Numbered from the whole stretch's first letter, positions 1-12,850 are shown. The stretch is 63,035 bases of DNA, filler included, from Lenisia limosa (GCA_001655205.1; 7 parts of 7 records of this genome joined end to end with filler, not necessarily neighbours in it), one strand, 5' to 3'. The notes: generated by a model from the sequence alone, not told the origin. Numbers and translations are program-made.

Positions 1-3000
1 CCATCACCTCTTCATTAACATTCACTCCATCCCATCTGGGGGTTCCCTACGGTCCCAAAAAAGTTTGAATTTCTCGATTAATCCTCGATAAATATCGAGA
101 TTTTGCGGTCCTTTCGGATAGTAGATAAGCCTTTATCTCACCTCGTCATTAACGTTCACTCCGTCAATGGTGCTGTTCATGATGGAATCAAGGTATCGGA
201 GGCCGTACGGGAAAACCTTGGTTGACATCGCGGGGACAAGTAGTGACGTCAGCAAACGGAGAGAGGACTCTGTTCTGTGGGCCTGGGTAGGGTGAATAGT
301 GCGATTTGGATAAAAAATTGAAAGATATCATACTATGTAGGGATTCCAGCAGTACTGCATCGATTTTTATTGGATATATTTGAAGAATATGAAACCCAGT
401 AATCCGACTCACTTCAACAGATTCCTGGAAGTTGAACAGAGCACGCTTCATCAAAAACGGCACAATAAGACCGGGGGCCACGGCTGGGGGGGGGGGGGGA
501 AAANNNNNNNNNNNNNNNNNNNNNNNNNNNNNNNNNNNNNNNNNNNNNNNNNNNNNNNNNNNNNNNNNNNNNNNNNNNNNNNNNNNNNNNNNNNNNNTTA
601 GGGTGAAGAAACGACAAGGCGGACACGGAGTCTTTGAAGCAACACCTATTATCTCTAATAGCTGTAATTATATGTATGTCTCGTTATCCAATAACTTGAA
701 CTTTTATACCAATACAAAGGAAATCCCCCCCCCCCTCATACCACTCAGATTGGATATAGCGGTGAAGGCCGCGTTGAGCACCGACTTGCTGGGGTGGAAG
801 ATTGCGACTTCGAGGATTGGACGCACCAATAGAATGAACTGTCTTATGTCGGATTCTGTGACGTTAGAAACTGTCGTGTGGCATGTTTGATGTTAGTTTT
901 TCTCTTGTGGAATGTTTTGAACAGACTGAACAAAATGGTATCACGAGTGGAAATGAGAAATAAAACAAGGTAGCATCTGGACGAACGGAATAATTGAAAA
1001 CTAAAAGTCGGTTTAAAAAGCGAAGAGGGACTTCACAGCTTAATGGAGTAGAATTCCTCATCACTTTTACGAAGAATATTGACGATAGATATCATATACT
1101 GTACATCCAGACCGGGATAAGTCTGATTGATTGTCCTTGGGAAATCATAGAGCAAATCCGTCAAGACTTATCCAGGCCACTGAATATAAATATATAGCTA
1201 TCAATCTTAGGATATAATACATACAATATCATGTTACTATTAATACCTATTTCAATATCATGTTACTATTAATACCTACCCGATCATTTGCCTTACAATT
1301 CCCAAAATCATCCGTTTACCTTCCCCCATCCCACCAGTCAAATGAACGCGCACAGGCACACGCGCAATATCGGCTTGTTCCCCGCCGCTGAGATGCACAC
1401 GCGTCCCGGATTCTACACTGTCAAAAGGCCAATTGCAGCCACACTCCGATCCGCTAGATCATTATGTACGAACCTGGTTTCAATAGAGACAAGACCGTAA
1501 TGCAAAAACAAAAAAACTAATAAAAAAGAAATGCAAAATCAGTATCTATCGAGGATTTCTTGAGTAAAAATAATATAGAGTGACCGGTTTAAGTCTTCAC
1601 CGATTTTCCTTAAAAATCACATTCCAAATCGGTCAAGGCTTATCCCGGTCACAATATTTCTTAAAAACTGCGGAGGGGTAAAGAAGACTTCAGAAGCAGT
1701 ATGATAATGACAAACCGGAGTAGACGCGCGACACAAAGTGACTGGTCAAGTTGAGAAGGAACTTAGAAAGACGCTTGCTGCACCCGGGGGCGTAGCTGGG
1801 ATGGAAATTGCCCTCAATGGCTCGGATCTGAATGGTCATCCATGTCTGATACTGCAGGATGCAGGAATCAACATCATAATGAATTTGTTGGAAAGAGTGA
1901 GTGTCAGCGGGTTCAAGCATATCACTCGATAAATCACTGATAACACTCGATAAACCACTGATCGTTTTCGTACCGCAGTGAAGTCCTACTTTTTACAGGT
2001 CCTATTCAAACCCAAGTATAGCCAAACAGAGAAAGCCAGGGTTAGGGCGCGATTGATTAAAAATAAGGAAAAATTGTTAGCGCGATTGATAAATATTTTA
2101 AAAATTTATTTTTTAACTATTTTAATCTACCTCCTCTGGATATAATTTTAGTTAAAATTGTACCGAGGACCGAGGATACATTTTTTTCACCTATTTTTTT
2201 TAAAGAAAAATAATCAATCGCACCTTCTTTATCCCGTCATTTGTGGGCAGAGCAAGAGAGTAGACTCACCAGTTTGGGAAGATAGGTGTAGAAAGTCGGG
2301 CATTCCGGTGTGTGTGAGAAGGCAATGAAGCGCGCAGCTGAAGTGACTGGGTTGATTTTCTAGGGGGGGGGGGGATATGTATGATATGAATATAAAAATA
2401 AGATAAGAAAACCGACATCAAATCTCTATCGAAGATTTCCTTCACTGCAATTTATCCTCGACTTCGGTGCTGGTCCCGGCACCCACCTTGTCGCCCATGC
2501 CAAGGAAAAAGTCAATTTCCACGGCAACGTTCTCCAAAGGCTGGAATACTCCACCGGGGAAGGTCACATCTGGGGGGGGGGGGGNNNNNNNNNNNNNNNN
2601 NNNNNNNNNNNNNNNNNNNNNNNNNNNNNNNNNNNNNNNNNNNNNNNNNNNNNNNNNCACAATCTACATGCACTGAAGGCGATAAGTCTTGACACGATTA
2701 CTAAAAAGAAAGCTCAATATCGGTGTCAGGACTTATCGCGGTCAGTGTATAATTATGTACAAGACAACACAAGAGGTGTTAAGGTACGAAAGGACCATGG
2801 GCATACGAAGTAACTTGAGGAGTCTTGAGAACACAAAAGGCATGTATTGTGAGAAGTCGACCGCGCCGATAGAGTTGACGGACAGGTCTGACGCAAGCTG
2901 GAAGAAGGCCCTCTGCCAATCCATGTTCGACTCTAAACTGTCACTTGTCATGAGGGAAACTCAAAAGTATTTGAACTAGGTATACACGGAAACATTACGG

Positions 3001-5381
3001 AGAGACAAGGCTTTCTCCAACCATTCCCGTTGTGAATGGCTTGCAACGCTGTGAACCAATTATTCAAGTTTCGGTCCAACGCTTCGATAGCACGAAATAT
3101 ATCGTAATATTTGATATGTAGTAGTATATGTAGTCTCTGGGGTATATTGATATAACATAAAAATGACCGTCTTAAATAATTTATTCTTCAATATTTCATG
3201 AGAAAGGCTACAAATACCCCAACTTGAGCCCACGACCTCACCCCCCTCCCAATTACCATTCCAGGTCCAAAAGGCCATGGTTTTGGGGAGCCAATTCAGT
3301 CCGCACGTGCGGTAGTTGTGAGTGGGTAGAAAGGCTGTGAGAAAACCTGATTTGTGAGATGGGGGATGTGTGGCGAGCTCAAAATCATGTTTGACGGGAT
3401 GGTAAGATCCTACCAGCAGCGACAAAAGACACCACATCAACGGGACACATGCTCTTTGTAAACCACTCCCAGATTTCCCTGCAATTGTAAAGCCTTTTCA
3501 AGTTTGTCTTCCATATTCTTAACTGTGCGTTATTAACATTAAGATTTTGCTTCTATCATTCCTTACCTCCCTTTCTTCATCATAATCTACTGTTCAACAT
3601 GATCGTTAGATTTATGACCCTATGTCCTCTATAACCAACCTTGTTGACCCTTCGGGAAAGTAGGCACGCGCGTATTTCACAGTCGTCAACAATGTCGCCG
3701 AATAAGACCTAAAAGGTCAAGGAGAATAGCAATGAAAAAAATATCATATGACAACAACAATACGGTTTATTGGTGTTGTTTAAGCAGCCGCTGACATTGA
3801 AGGAGTGACGCCTGTGTCTCGAGCTTTTGTGAAGTAGAGTTTGTCGATGAGCGCATGAAGCGGTCTCCATGGGAGGGACAAATCAAGACGTTCATGGATA
3901 CTCTTGTATCTACAGTGTTATTTATGTGGAAATGCGTGGGTAGCATAATGTCTAGCTGATATAATATACCCGTTCGAAGCCGACCACACCATCACGTTCA
4001 AACAAAGGATAGGAGATCATATTGGTTGTAGATTAAGTTCACCAATCTTGCCACACAGCTCCGTTACAGTTAAATACCGATCTGGACCTCATATACAGAA
4101 ATATCTCCCAACAACAAAATCAAAGCAACTCTTCCCACTTTATGACAAGGTTGAATGCCCTGAGGAAAGCGACCTGAAGAGTAAGGAAATATAGTGTTGA
4201 CATAAACGCACATATAATACACATTATGCGTATTTTCTTCTATCATCATGGAATATACAGTGACCGGGATAAGTCTTGACAGATTTGCTCGATTTCCAAA
4301 GGAAAATCAGTCAAGACTTATCCCGGTCACTGTGTTTAATATCTTGTTTTGTTCCTGCACAAACCTGGGCGCCAAGAGTGATGCCTGGGAGAAAGGCTGC
4401 AGAATAAAGGATAGACGAGAAGGCGCAGACGTCACCACATGACATGGGGCCACCATAGTCCACGTATCTAAAAGGTCAATGCTGTGTACAACGGAAAATA
4501 GACATTCCGGTTTTACGTTTTTGGCAACCACACTCAAAATCACCCCTAAGCTCAAATGTTTTACTCATCATTTATACAATTGTTTTTAATCCTAAAACTA
4601 CAAAACTGCGCAGAAGTGTTTAGAAGGGCTAAAAAATTCAAACACTGGACATGATCCTGCTCAGACAACTTGAAAGAACCTTGTCATAGGCCGAACCTGC
4701 AGGCTTTTGACAGCCCTCGATCCTCAGCAAGTCAAACTTGCCTTTCCTTTCAGTATGCGCTAAGGTTTCAACCCTTACCACTTGCATGTTTGTTAGACTC
4801 CTTGGTCCGTGTTTCAAGACGGGTCGAAAAACCCATTTTGCCAGTATCCTGACGTTGGAGAGTGGTTAACGCACCTCCTCCTCATACAGCCCTGAAAAGA
4901 CCAGCCTACTGAAGCAGGCTTGAGGCCCATTGAACAGCGCCATTGTTGCCGTCATAGCTTCCAATCTAGGCAGAGTAAATCAAGACCTAAAATAAAACAA
5001 CCCATCTTCACTTCGTATCAACAATCTTGGTTCATCTTGTCATCATTCTGCAGCTAAAACCAAAGCACATGCCCCCATTATCGAAACGGAAACTCCAACA
5101 GCCCCCACCTGAAGACTGTAACTGAGTCCGACAGAGATCGCCTCCAGCCATGCCAGGCTTTCCTCCACAGACGAGACGCGCTGCAGCTCCGGCAGGCAAC
5201 TCACGGCCGAGTTGGGATGATGGCGCTCTTGTGTTGTTGAAAGAGGGAAACCTCCATGACCTTCAGCGATCGAGAGAGTCTGTTTGAACTCCGTTGGTGG
5301 GCTGATTTGACTAGGGCTGTCAGGAGATGGTCTCCTTCTTGAACGGCCAGCAACTGGCGATTCCTCTCTTGTTCGTTTCAT
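1..5381 (-). CDS. PSME4: Proteasome activator PA200/Blm10, N-terminal part, about 13 exons, runs off window start
   Basis: Hand-spliced exons: 5381-5109 (MKRTREE..LSYSLQ), 4965-4910 (IGSYDGNNGAVQWASSLL), 4467-4365 (YVDYGG..), then VAFLRAFNLVIK / YKSIHERLDLSLPWRPLHALIDKLYF / TVKYARAYFPEGST / EIWEWFTKSMCPVD / FLPTHNYRTCGLNWLPK / SIGAVDFSQYMPFVFSRLLKLLRMP / IEGNFHPSYAPGCSKRLSKFL / VTESDIRQFILLVRPIL / HRTESSLRLL..DGVNVNDE. These are collinear with recalled human PSME4 motifs (LELPWRPLY, CRPYFP, MCPFD, IGYIDWDPYVPKIF, SFYHPSN, GVDPND). Confidence 0.9.
1104..1182. mobile_element. MITE family C
   Basis: GACCGGGATAAGTC..GACTTATCCAGGCCACTG. Confidence 0.7.
1578..1654. mobile_element. MITE family C
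   Basis: TA flanks, decayed TIRs. Confidence 0.7.
2671..2747. mobile_element. MITE family C
   Basis: GCGATAAGTCTTGACAC..GTGTCAGGACTTATCGCGGTCAGTG|TA. Confidence 0.75.
4258..4332. mobile_element. MITE family C (subtype a)
   Basis: Perfect 23-bp TIR CAGTGACCGGGATAAGTCTTGAC; flanks TA/TG. Confidence 0.85.
4658..4851 (-). rRNA. 28S (LSU) rRNA fragment, D2 end to D3 region, inside PSME4 intron 2 (4468-4909); non-functional insertion
   Basis: Minus strand reads CAGGATACTGGCAAAATGGGTTTTTCGACCCGTCTTGAAACACGGACCAAGGAGTCTAAC, containing the universal eukaryotic LSU motif. The downstream conserved GGGACCCGAAAG is absent. Confidence 0.9.
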
Positions 5382-5677
5382 TGAAAAGGGAAATGTCAAT
5401 ATTCGTTCCAAGGGTCCAAATACGACCACACCTTGTGGATTACGTTTTTCTTAGTTAAACAGTGTGATTCCTCTTGCTTTTTATCTTTTTATTACTTTTG
5501 CTTGGTTTTTTTTGAGAACCCCCCTATTTAAATTGATTACTTTGTAATAGTAATCATTTATTTGCTTCTCTTGCCTCTTAGGCCTCTTAAAGTCCCAGAA
5601 AACAGTCAAATATTATTTATCAATTGTATTATTGTATTAGTTGAAGAGCGCACAATAAAGCAGCTGAACCTGAAGAA
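5382..5677. promoter_or_regulatory. Short head-to-head intergenic region, candidate bidirectional promoter
   Basis: 296 nt between the PSME4 ATG (5381, -) and a signal-peptide ATG (5678, +); AT-rich; inferred from gene geometry only. Confidence 0.45.
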
Positions 5678-6812
5678 TGTTGATACTCCGCCTCACAGCA
5701 CTTCTCAGTGTCCTTCTCAGTCTCTGTTGGGCTTCTCCGTAGGTGGTTTATTCAATAATACATGCTATCCGTTCGCATACCTTACTGACCTCTTGGTCTC
5801 CAATCATAATGAAATTCCAGGATACAGATTGATACAGAGGGACTCGCGGTGATGGAAGTAGTTCAAGCTACTGAAAACGACCATCCTGTCCGAAAAGTGG
5901 GCTGAAAAATAACATTTATTTTGTCGGATTTGATCTCCATACTTGTGCTCACGCTTTAGATCGACTTTGACAGTGAGCTGAGGTGATAAGTCTTGATATG
6001 ACGTTCTCCGAGTCTTAATAGAAAGGACAGTAGATAGTGGATTATGATGATGATCAAAATCAACAATCTGAAAGTCGTTAGATTTGCAGCACCTTGATTT
6101 TATTATTCGGCCATATGTCTCATAAGTTAATTGACAATTTAATTTCAAAATTTGAAGTGGAACATACTGTAAAGAGAACCCTATTCCAGAAACTTTATTT
6201 CTAAATTTGTCAATTAATTCCCTCAAATAATTAATGACACGGAGCCCTACTTACAATCTAGACAAGCGCTTCGAAGTTCTCTTTGAGATCCGAGGTATGA
6301 GGATGATTTACTACTTTGCCACATCAATGTTATTCATTTTAAACACAGTTCATCCACATCGCAGAACATTAACAACTCTCACGATTTAGAGATGAAGAAC
6401 AACCTCAGTGGTATGGAGGCAGTTAGGTTGAATGTGATAGTGGCGGTCAGGGATCTGGTCTTATATTACTGTCATGATTGAGCATCCCTAAAACATTTCT
6501 TAAAATTTAATTTGAATTGAGAAATTGGCTCTTTTTTGGGAATGAAGGGCAAGTTTGTTCTTTTTTTGGAATCCCCTTCTCAACGCTGTATTCTTTTGTT
6601 CCCAGTGTCGTGTTCAGCCAACGAGATGAGGCTACTTAAAAGGATCATCTCTGTAGGTCAGCCATGTAACATCATTGAGGGGCCAATAGAGATCCAGACA
6701 CCTGTGTTTGTGAGCATGCTTGACACTACCACCGTCTACACTTGCACTGGTGATAGTTCTGCCCAAGACTGCACACTCAAATGCAGTGGTGTTCTCACCG
6801 GTGAGGGGGATT
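5678..6812 (+). CDS. Secreted Cys-containing protein of unknown function, multi-exon, 3' end unresolved
   Basis: MLILRLTALLSVLLSLCWASP (signal peptide) |GTAGGT, then IQIDTEGLAVMEVVQ.., NINNSHDLEMKNNLS, ..YTCTGDSSAQDCTLKCSGVLT |GTGAG. Confidence 0.55.
6115..6249. mobile_element. MITE family B, left end decayed
   Basis: Core GAGAACCCTATTCCAGA, right end CACGGAGCCCTA. Confidence 0.7.
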
Positions 6813-7030
6813 CCTTTTTCTATCGTAGATACAGTATTGCTTCTATGATATATATAAAACCGTTTATTCCACTTTACCAACCCCCCCCCCCCTTTCGATG
6901 AACTTTAGGCGGGTTATGCAAAGCTATTTTTTTGGTCAGATTTTCTTACTCGGCGTCACATTTTTACATTTTCTGTTGACGAGTTACAAATTGCCACTTT
7001 TTACTGATAATCATGATGCAATTCAGCCTG

Positions 7031-10000
7031 TTAAAGGATCTCTTCGTCAGATTTTATCAAGAGGCCTGGAAACAACCTCAGATTGACCTCATTTGATGAC
7101 TATAATTGGAGGAGGGCGGGAACTATTAGAGAAAGCAACTACTTTGCTTTGCTATTTACAACTTTAGTGATGTAAAATTAGTTTATTTGATAACAAAGCG
7201 TTTAGGTTCAAATCTTTACAGGGGGGAGGCAGACGATTTAAAAAATAGGGGGTGGGGACCCAGCGGTTTGGCACTCTTTGAGCTCTTTGAGCTCTTTGAC
7301 AAAATGCGACGCGGAGTGAAATGAAATTCGTCGTTGCATTTTTTACCCCTCAAAAATGCGACAAGTGGTATAGGTATTTCTGAAAATCTGACCAAAAATC
7401 CGACGAGAAAGATGCGATGCCGAGTAAAAATAAGTGCATAATCCACCTTGCTGGAGAACCTTCTTTGCTTGGTATGAAACTTCCTATTTGAGCTTTGTTG
7501 AACCATACCTTCCAAGTACCACGGCTGAAATAATGTTACTCGATGTATTGATATTATTAGATCACCAGCAATCAGATATCTTTTCGCTTTGAAAGCTACC
7601 TCGTCATCGTTGATTGGTGATTCCCCCCCCCCCCACAATTTCCTGATTGTCGCGACCATAACCGGTTTAGGCGGGCCGTTTTCCTGTACATCAGCAGCAG
7701 GATGGGATGTCATCCCTACGTGTTTGTAATACTCTGTGTTTGGTCTGTAGCTCTGTATCAGAGAATAAATTCATCTCCTCTTCCAACCCAAACAGACTCT
7801 AATTAGGGCTAGACTGAAATTCTCGATAAATCCTCAAAAACTATCGTTTTTTCGAACCTAAGTGAAGCCCTAGCTGTAATTTCTGTTGTCTGAAGTTGAT
7901 GAATTTCCGAGACTCTCTCAAAACCAATACATTGAAACATCACACCATTACCATACATACTAATACTCTTTCACATTAAATACGGGCCTTTTGAGGTCTT
8001 AAATACGTTTTTGGACTAAAATTGTTAGCCGTTAAGAGCACCAATATCGTTAACATGAAACAAAGTGTTTGTGGTGCTCACTTCATTTAATCCGGAATAT
8101 GGGCCACGCAGGGAGTGGCGGGGTTTTGCTATTCGGCTAGTCTCCTGTAGTCGCCTCTGTGAAGTCTCCCTAATAGGTGAAAGGACTCCATTAATAAGAT
8201 AAAAAGAGGACCCTGGAAGCTGTCCACACATAAACGATATACAATTACTTCGGAACAGACGGGACTAGCTTACCTTTTTGAGGGTGGAGCTGAGTCTTGA
8301 AAAATGGAAACATGCAACAGGTCTGAGCGGTCAATGAGATGATTAACAGTTGCAAGGTACTTTTAGAAAAATATCACGAGGAGCACAAGTAGAAAAAAAA
8401 AGACAATATCGCGAGGAACTAATGTCAGAAACTCAAACCTTTGGATGCCTTTTGTTTCGGCTTGTCGCGTTTTGCTGATAAACCAGGCCCCACAGGCGCC
8501 TCATTCATCTGAATTATCAGGCTTTAAGAAGATGATCAACATGTAATTTTGTATGTATAGTCTCCTATGTATTTATTTGACCTAGATTGCTTTATGGTAA
8601 TCTTTGCTAATGGTCTCCATGTATTTTTCTTCAACCTCTACATTATATTAAATAGTATCTTGGTCACAACTTTTAGATCCTACTGCTGAGACCTTGCTTC
8701 CACCCAAACATTAACAGATTAGTACCGTTACGCCAATATTCTTCATCGAGAATCCTTCTTTGTCCTCCCCCCTCCCCCCACCTCTCTCCTGGCCCGAGCA
8801 GCCCTAGCCTCTTCAACCATGGGGTCCAGACCCCGGGCAATCCACACGCGGCGCTGCAGCCATCGTGTCGCTTGTGCTGAGCCTGGGGGGGGGGGGNNNN
8901 NNNNNNNNNNNNNNNNNNNNNNNNNNNNNNNNNNNNNNNNNNNNNNNNNNNNNNNNNNNNNNNNNNNNNNNNNNNNNNNNNNNNNNNNNNNNNNNNNNNN
9001 NNNNNNNNNNNNNNNNNNNNNNNNNNNNNNNNNNNNNNNNNNNNNNNNNNNNNNNNNNNNNNNNNNNNNNNNNNNNNNNNNNNNNNNNNNNNNNNNNNNN
9101 NNNNNNNNNNNNNNNNNNNNNNNNNNNNNNNNNNNNNNNNNNNNNNNNNNNNNNNNNNNNNAATTTATCGATCGCTATGAATGCCAAGGTACCTGGGGAG
9201 AAGGACGACGCCAGGTCGCTGAGTTCCATGAGAGCTGGCGTCCATGTTACTGACAGCTTATTGAGGTATGCCTCCATTGGCGTTGGTGCAGGCTACAGAG
9301 TAACAATGGTAATGGGGCTGATGGAAAACTCCAAAGAAATATTTGAAATAAGATTTAGAACTATCTTATCATGACATGAAAGATGAGAGAGTCCCCCATA
9401 CCACAAATGACTGCGGCCCCGGGGGTTTCCTCTTGATCGAAACGTGCGAAACATTGTCTCCTTCGTCTTGCGCCAAGCCAAAGCCACAAGGAACTTCTAA
9501 ATTCGTAAGCATTGATTCACTGTGGGACGGAAAGATCGCAGAACCTATGATTTTGAAAAGCACACTTGCGTAAAATGTTATATTTTGTGGGGACATGACA
9601 GATGAACACCAGTTACAATTGTGTACAACTTTCATCTCATCCAATTACACTTCATAAATACCCCCAACCATAATGGTCTGAGCTCTGGAGAGACTGTTTG
9701 TACTGTGACTCCTTCTGATCCCACACGACGTCCTCAACCTCATCAGGGTCTGGGATGTCCTGCGTTCGTCAGGTGTCCAAGAATAGGGCTAAACGTTTTC
9801 ATAAGGATATGAGCGGAGCTGCGGTTGTCGTTCAAGTCACAATATAGCAAGTCTTTGAATTTTTTAGTGTAAAACCGTATTTGTTCAGACAGACCGTTTT
9901 CCTCTCCAGCTCGGATCTTAAGGCTCTGACGGCGTCCTCTTCGTCGCTGTTGTCCAGAAGGGCGTCAAGATCTGACCATGGCTGGGCGTGGGGGTTTGGC

Positions 10001-11386
10001 CATCTAGGTCTGTGAGGGGCGTATTACTAGGGTTTTTTTTTATTATTTTTTTTGGGTGGGTTGGGGGATTATGATTAAGGTGGGGGACGGAGTATCATTT
10101 GGCGTGGGGGCTGGGCCATGTGTGGTGGTGAAGNNNNNNNNNNNNNNNNNNNNNNNNNNNNNNNNNNNNNNNNNNNNNNNNNNNNNNNNNGAGTAGGGCT
10201 TCACTTCGGTTCGATAAAAGACTGAATTTCTCGATAAATCCGCGAAAACTATCGATATCTTATCGGGGTTTTTTGAACCGAAGTGAAGCTCTAGTAGTGA
10301 GGTGAAATATGAAAAACTACTTACGAACCCCCTGCCCCCCACGTTCTCTTTTTCTTTTCTTTTGGCGGTTCCGGCATAATAGGGTCATCCACAGGTACTG
10401 AGGGAATGTGAATAACCTGGGGTGGTAAGCAGCCGAGAAAAAACATTCAAAAAACATATCAATTATTGAATGGGTTAACCATTTTCAGAAATAATCGAAT
10501 CTCTATTTAGAGTCTATTGCTAACAAAACAAACCTCCACAATTGGTTCCTTGTCCATTCGTCGCACTTTGCGTTTGCGTGGCATTCGTGGCTGAGGCGGA
10601 CTTCTATATTTGAGAGCTTCTGAAGTCGGACTCGCCTCTGTAGTTGTCTTTTTAGGAGGTTCACGAGGGGTGGTTTGTGTGGTCATTGCCTTATATGGGT
10701 TCAAAAGTCGGTCCAGTTCGTCACTGGACAGGGGTGACGTGGCAACAGAAGCAGTTGGCGGCTTGAAAGTCATTTGTGGCGGCGGCGTGGGCTCTTTTTC
10801 TGGTGATGCGGGGGTGGGGACTTCTTCTCGAGGTGCTGGGCTGGGGTGTAAGCCTTTTGACATAGTAAAACCCATTGTATAGACAAGTTAAACAGTCTTT
10901 GATTGATATAATAATATAAAGCATACAGTATCAGAGGTAAGTGTTGATCATTTTAGTGTTTACAATTAAAGCGATCAACTTTCTCGGATAGTGTTTTTAA
11001 TTGCTACTTCATCAAGATATATTTTTCTCTCAATAAAAGCGCAAAATATTTAACGATGCGCAATCCATCTAAGATAGCCAAGAATTATGTTGCAACAAAA
11101 CGCGGAATAGAACGCATCATGAATGGGGAACAGAATCAACAACTGCCTGAGAAAAGAAATCCAAACGAACAAGGTTGAAAAAGACATACCTGGTGGACCG
11201 TGGAGGACTCTCCAAAACCGAGGGCTCTGCGGTGATAGCGGATAGTTGGCTCATGCTGAGGCGGCCGGAAGCGGCAAGGTCAAGGTCAGAGAGACCCGGG
11301 TCGGGGTCACCGAGGCTCGACAGCTCACTGACCATAGATCGCTGAGATAGTTCGCTTACAAGCGACCTGGGAGGTGAGAGTTTCAT
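7031..11386 (-). CDS. Unknown multi-exon protein with Pro/Ser-rich low-complexity parts; may extend upstream to about 12960
   Basis: Exons with GT/AG boundaries: MKLSPPRS..PPRSTR (11386-11190), PAPREEVPTPASPEKEP.. (10875-10540), WPNPHAQPWSDLDALLDNSDEE, SAQATRWLQRRVWIARGLDPMVEEARAARARRE (8882-8783), ETSQRRLQETSRIAKPRH, PWYLEGMVQQ. No family recognised. Confidence 0.55.
7804..7872. mobile_element. MITE family A, internally deleted
   Basis: TAGGGCT..AGTGAAGCCCTA; flanks ACTCTAAT/GCTGTAAT (6/8). Confidence 0.75.
10194..10293. mobile_element. MITE family A
   Basis: Full TIRs; left flank mostly in gap. Confidence 0.8.
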
Positions 11387-11520
11387 GCCTTTTGTTGTGT
11401 GCTAAAGGTCTCAAAGAAAACAGGTTTTATAGATTAATCTAAGCTGAATATCAATACGTTGTCAGACTATTTACGACCCTAGGAAGCCACTAATAACAGC
11501 AATCCTAGCGTGGCAGTACT

Positions 11521-11618
11521 TAGGGCTTCACTTCGGTTCGAAAAAAGACTGAGTTTCTCGATAAATCCTCGAAAACTATCAACATTTTACCAAAAATTTT
11601 CAGACCACTGAAGCCCAA
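11521..11618. mobile_element. MITE family A
   Basis: Flanks GCAGTACT/ACAGTACT (7/8). Confidence 0.85.
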
Positions 11619-12490
11619 ACAGTACTGATTCCCATTCAACATACAAGGTGTTTTGTATTCCTCGAATGTAATACGCTATGATGAGAGCCTTAGCTAACCT
11701 GTGTGATTGAGATAGTTTCGGCGGTCGCGGTGAGAGGTCACTGAGCGTGATGGGCAGGGATGGCTCCGAAGGCTGAATGGTGTTAATGTTATTGATGTTA
11801 ATGTTATTGATGTTAATGTTATTGACGTTAATAGATATTGATGATAGTGTTAACGGTAATGTTGTTGATTGAGTTTTGATGGTAAAAGCAATTAAATACA
11901 CTGACATGTCTGGCATAATAAATTGAATACAGAGGACCCCTCTCTCATAACACAAATCCCACAGTAAAGTTGACCTCCTCAAAATCGCTGATGCTTGGCC
12001 CCGTATCGTGCACGTCAGACTGGTCCGCAGACTACAAAATAAGAAATAAAAAAGGAATATCTTCCGATGCCGCCCATATTGTCCTTTCTAAAAGTGATAT
12101 TGCCTACTTTGTTCATACAGTGGGCAGATGAAAGTGTTTTTCGAGGGAATAAATCAAAATATGCTCTGCTTTACGACATTTCATTGATTATTCCGAATAN
12201 NNNNNNNNNNNNNNNNNNNNNNNNNNNNNNNNNNNNNNNNNNNNNNNNNNNNNNNNNNNNNNNNNNNNNNNNNNNNNNNNNNNNNNNNNNNNNNNAGACT
12301 CATGCACAGGTGTCTCAAGTTCGTCTGCCCCGGGCCGAACGTCCTAAACCTATCAGAAACTAGACCCCTTTGGTTCAAAAAAAAAATACTTGAGTTTTGA
12401 TTCTCAATAAATCTCGATTATTTATATAGGGGTATTGAATAGAAAGTGAAGCTCTAAATCGTGTGCTTTACCTTAATTGTGTATTAGAGA

Positions 12491-12614
12491 TAGGGCTTCG
12501 TGCATTGGAAATTAATTGCCGAATTTTGAAGTGAAATATATTGTCATGGGAACTCTATTTCAGACACTTTAATTTCAATTAATTTCTTCAAAAAATTAAT
12601 TGCACTAAGTCCTA
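12491..12614. mobile_element. MITE family B
   Basis: Flanks ATTAGAGA/ATTAGACA (7/8). Confidence 0.8.
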
Positions 12615-12752
12615 ATTAGACACGCTTCCACATGTTGAACAACCAGTCTGAAATAAGGCCTGGTTTTGGATGCAATGCCAATATATTACTCAAAAAAATT
12701 CCAATCAAAAGGCAAGACAAACACAGAATAGTCTAACAATATCAATGATGAC

Positions 12753-12850
12753 TAGAGCTTCACTTCGGTTCAAAAAAGACCAAATTTCTCGATATATCCT
12801 CGAAAACAATCGATAATTACTGGTCTTTTTCAAACCGAAGTGAAGCCCTA
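12753..12850. mobile_element. MITE family A (a more decayed copy lies at about 12361-12456)
   Basis: TAGAGCTTCACTTCGG..CCGAAGTGAAGCCCTA. Confidence 0.8.

Noticed and set aside
3973-3996. Repeat K as a 5S rRNA-derived SINE
   Set aside because: Only vague similarity to the 5S 5' end; no internal A/C box promoter motifs found.
4658-4851. Functional rDNA locus
   Set aside because: Only about 190 nt, no flanking LSU motifs, and located inside a phase-consistent PSME4 intron.
5954-6000. Small exon IDFD.. in the secreted gene
   Set aside because: Overlaps a decayed MITE-C end (CAGTGAGC..GATAAGTCTTGA) and is not needed for phase.
11587-11982. Asn/Ile-rich ORF (ININNININN) as a prion-like domain
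   Set aside because: Produced by a 15-bp intronic tandem repeat upstream of a CATTCAG acceptor.
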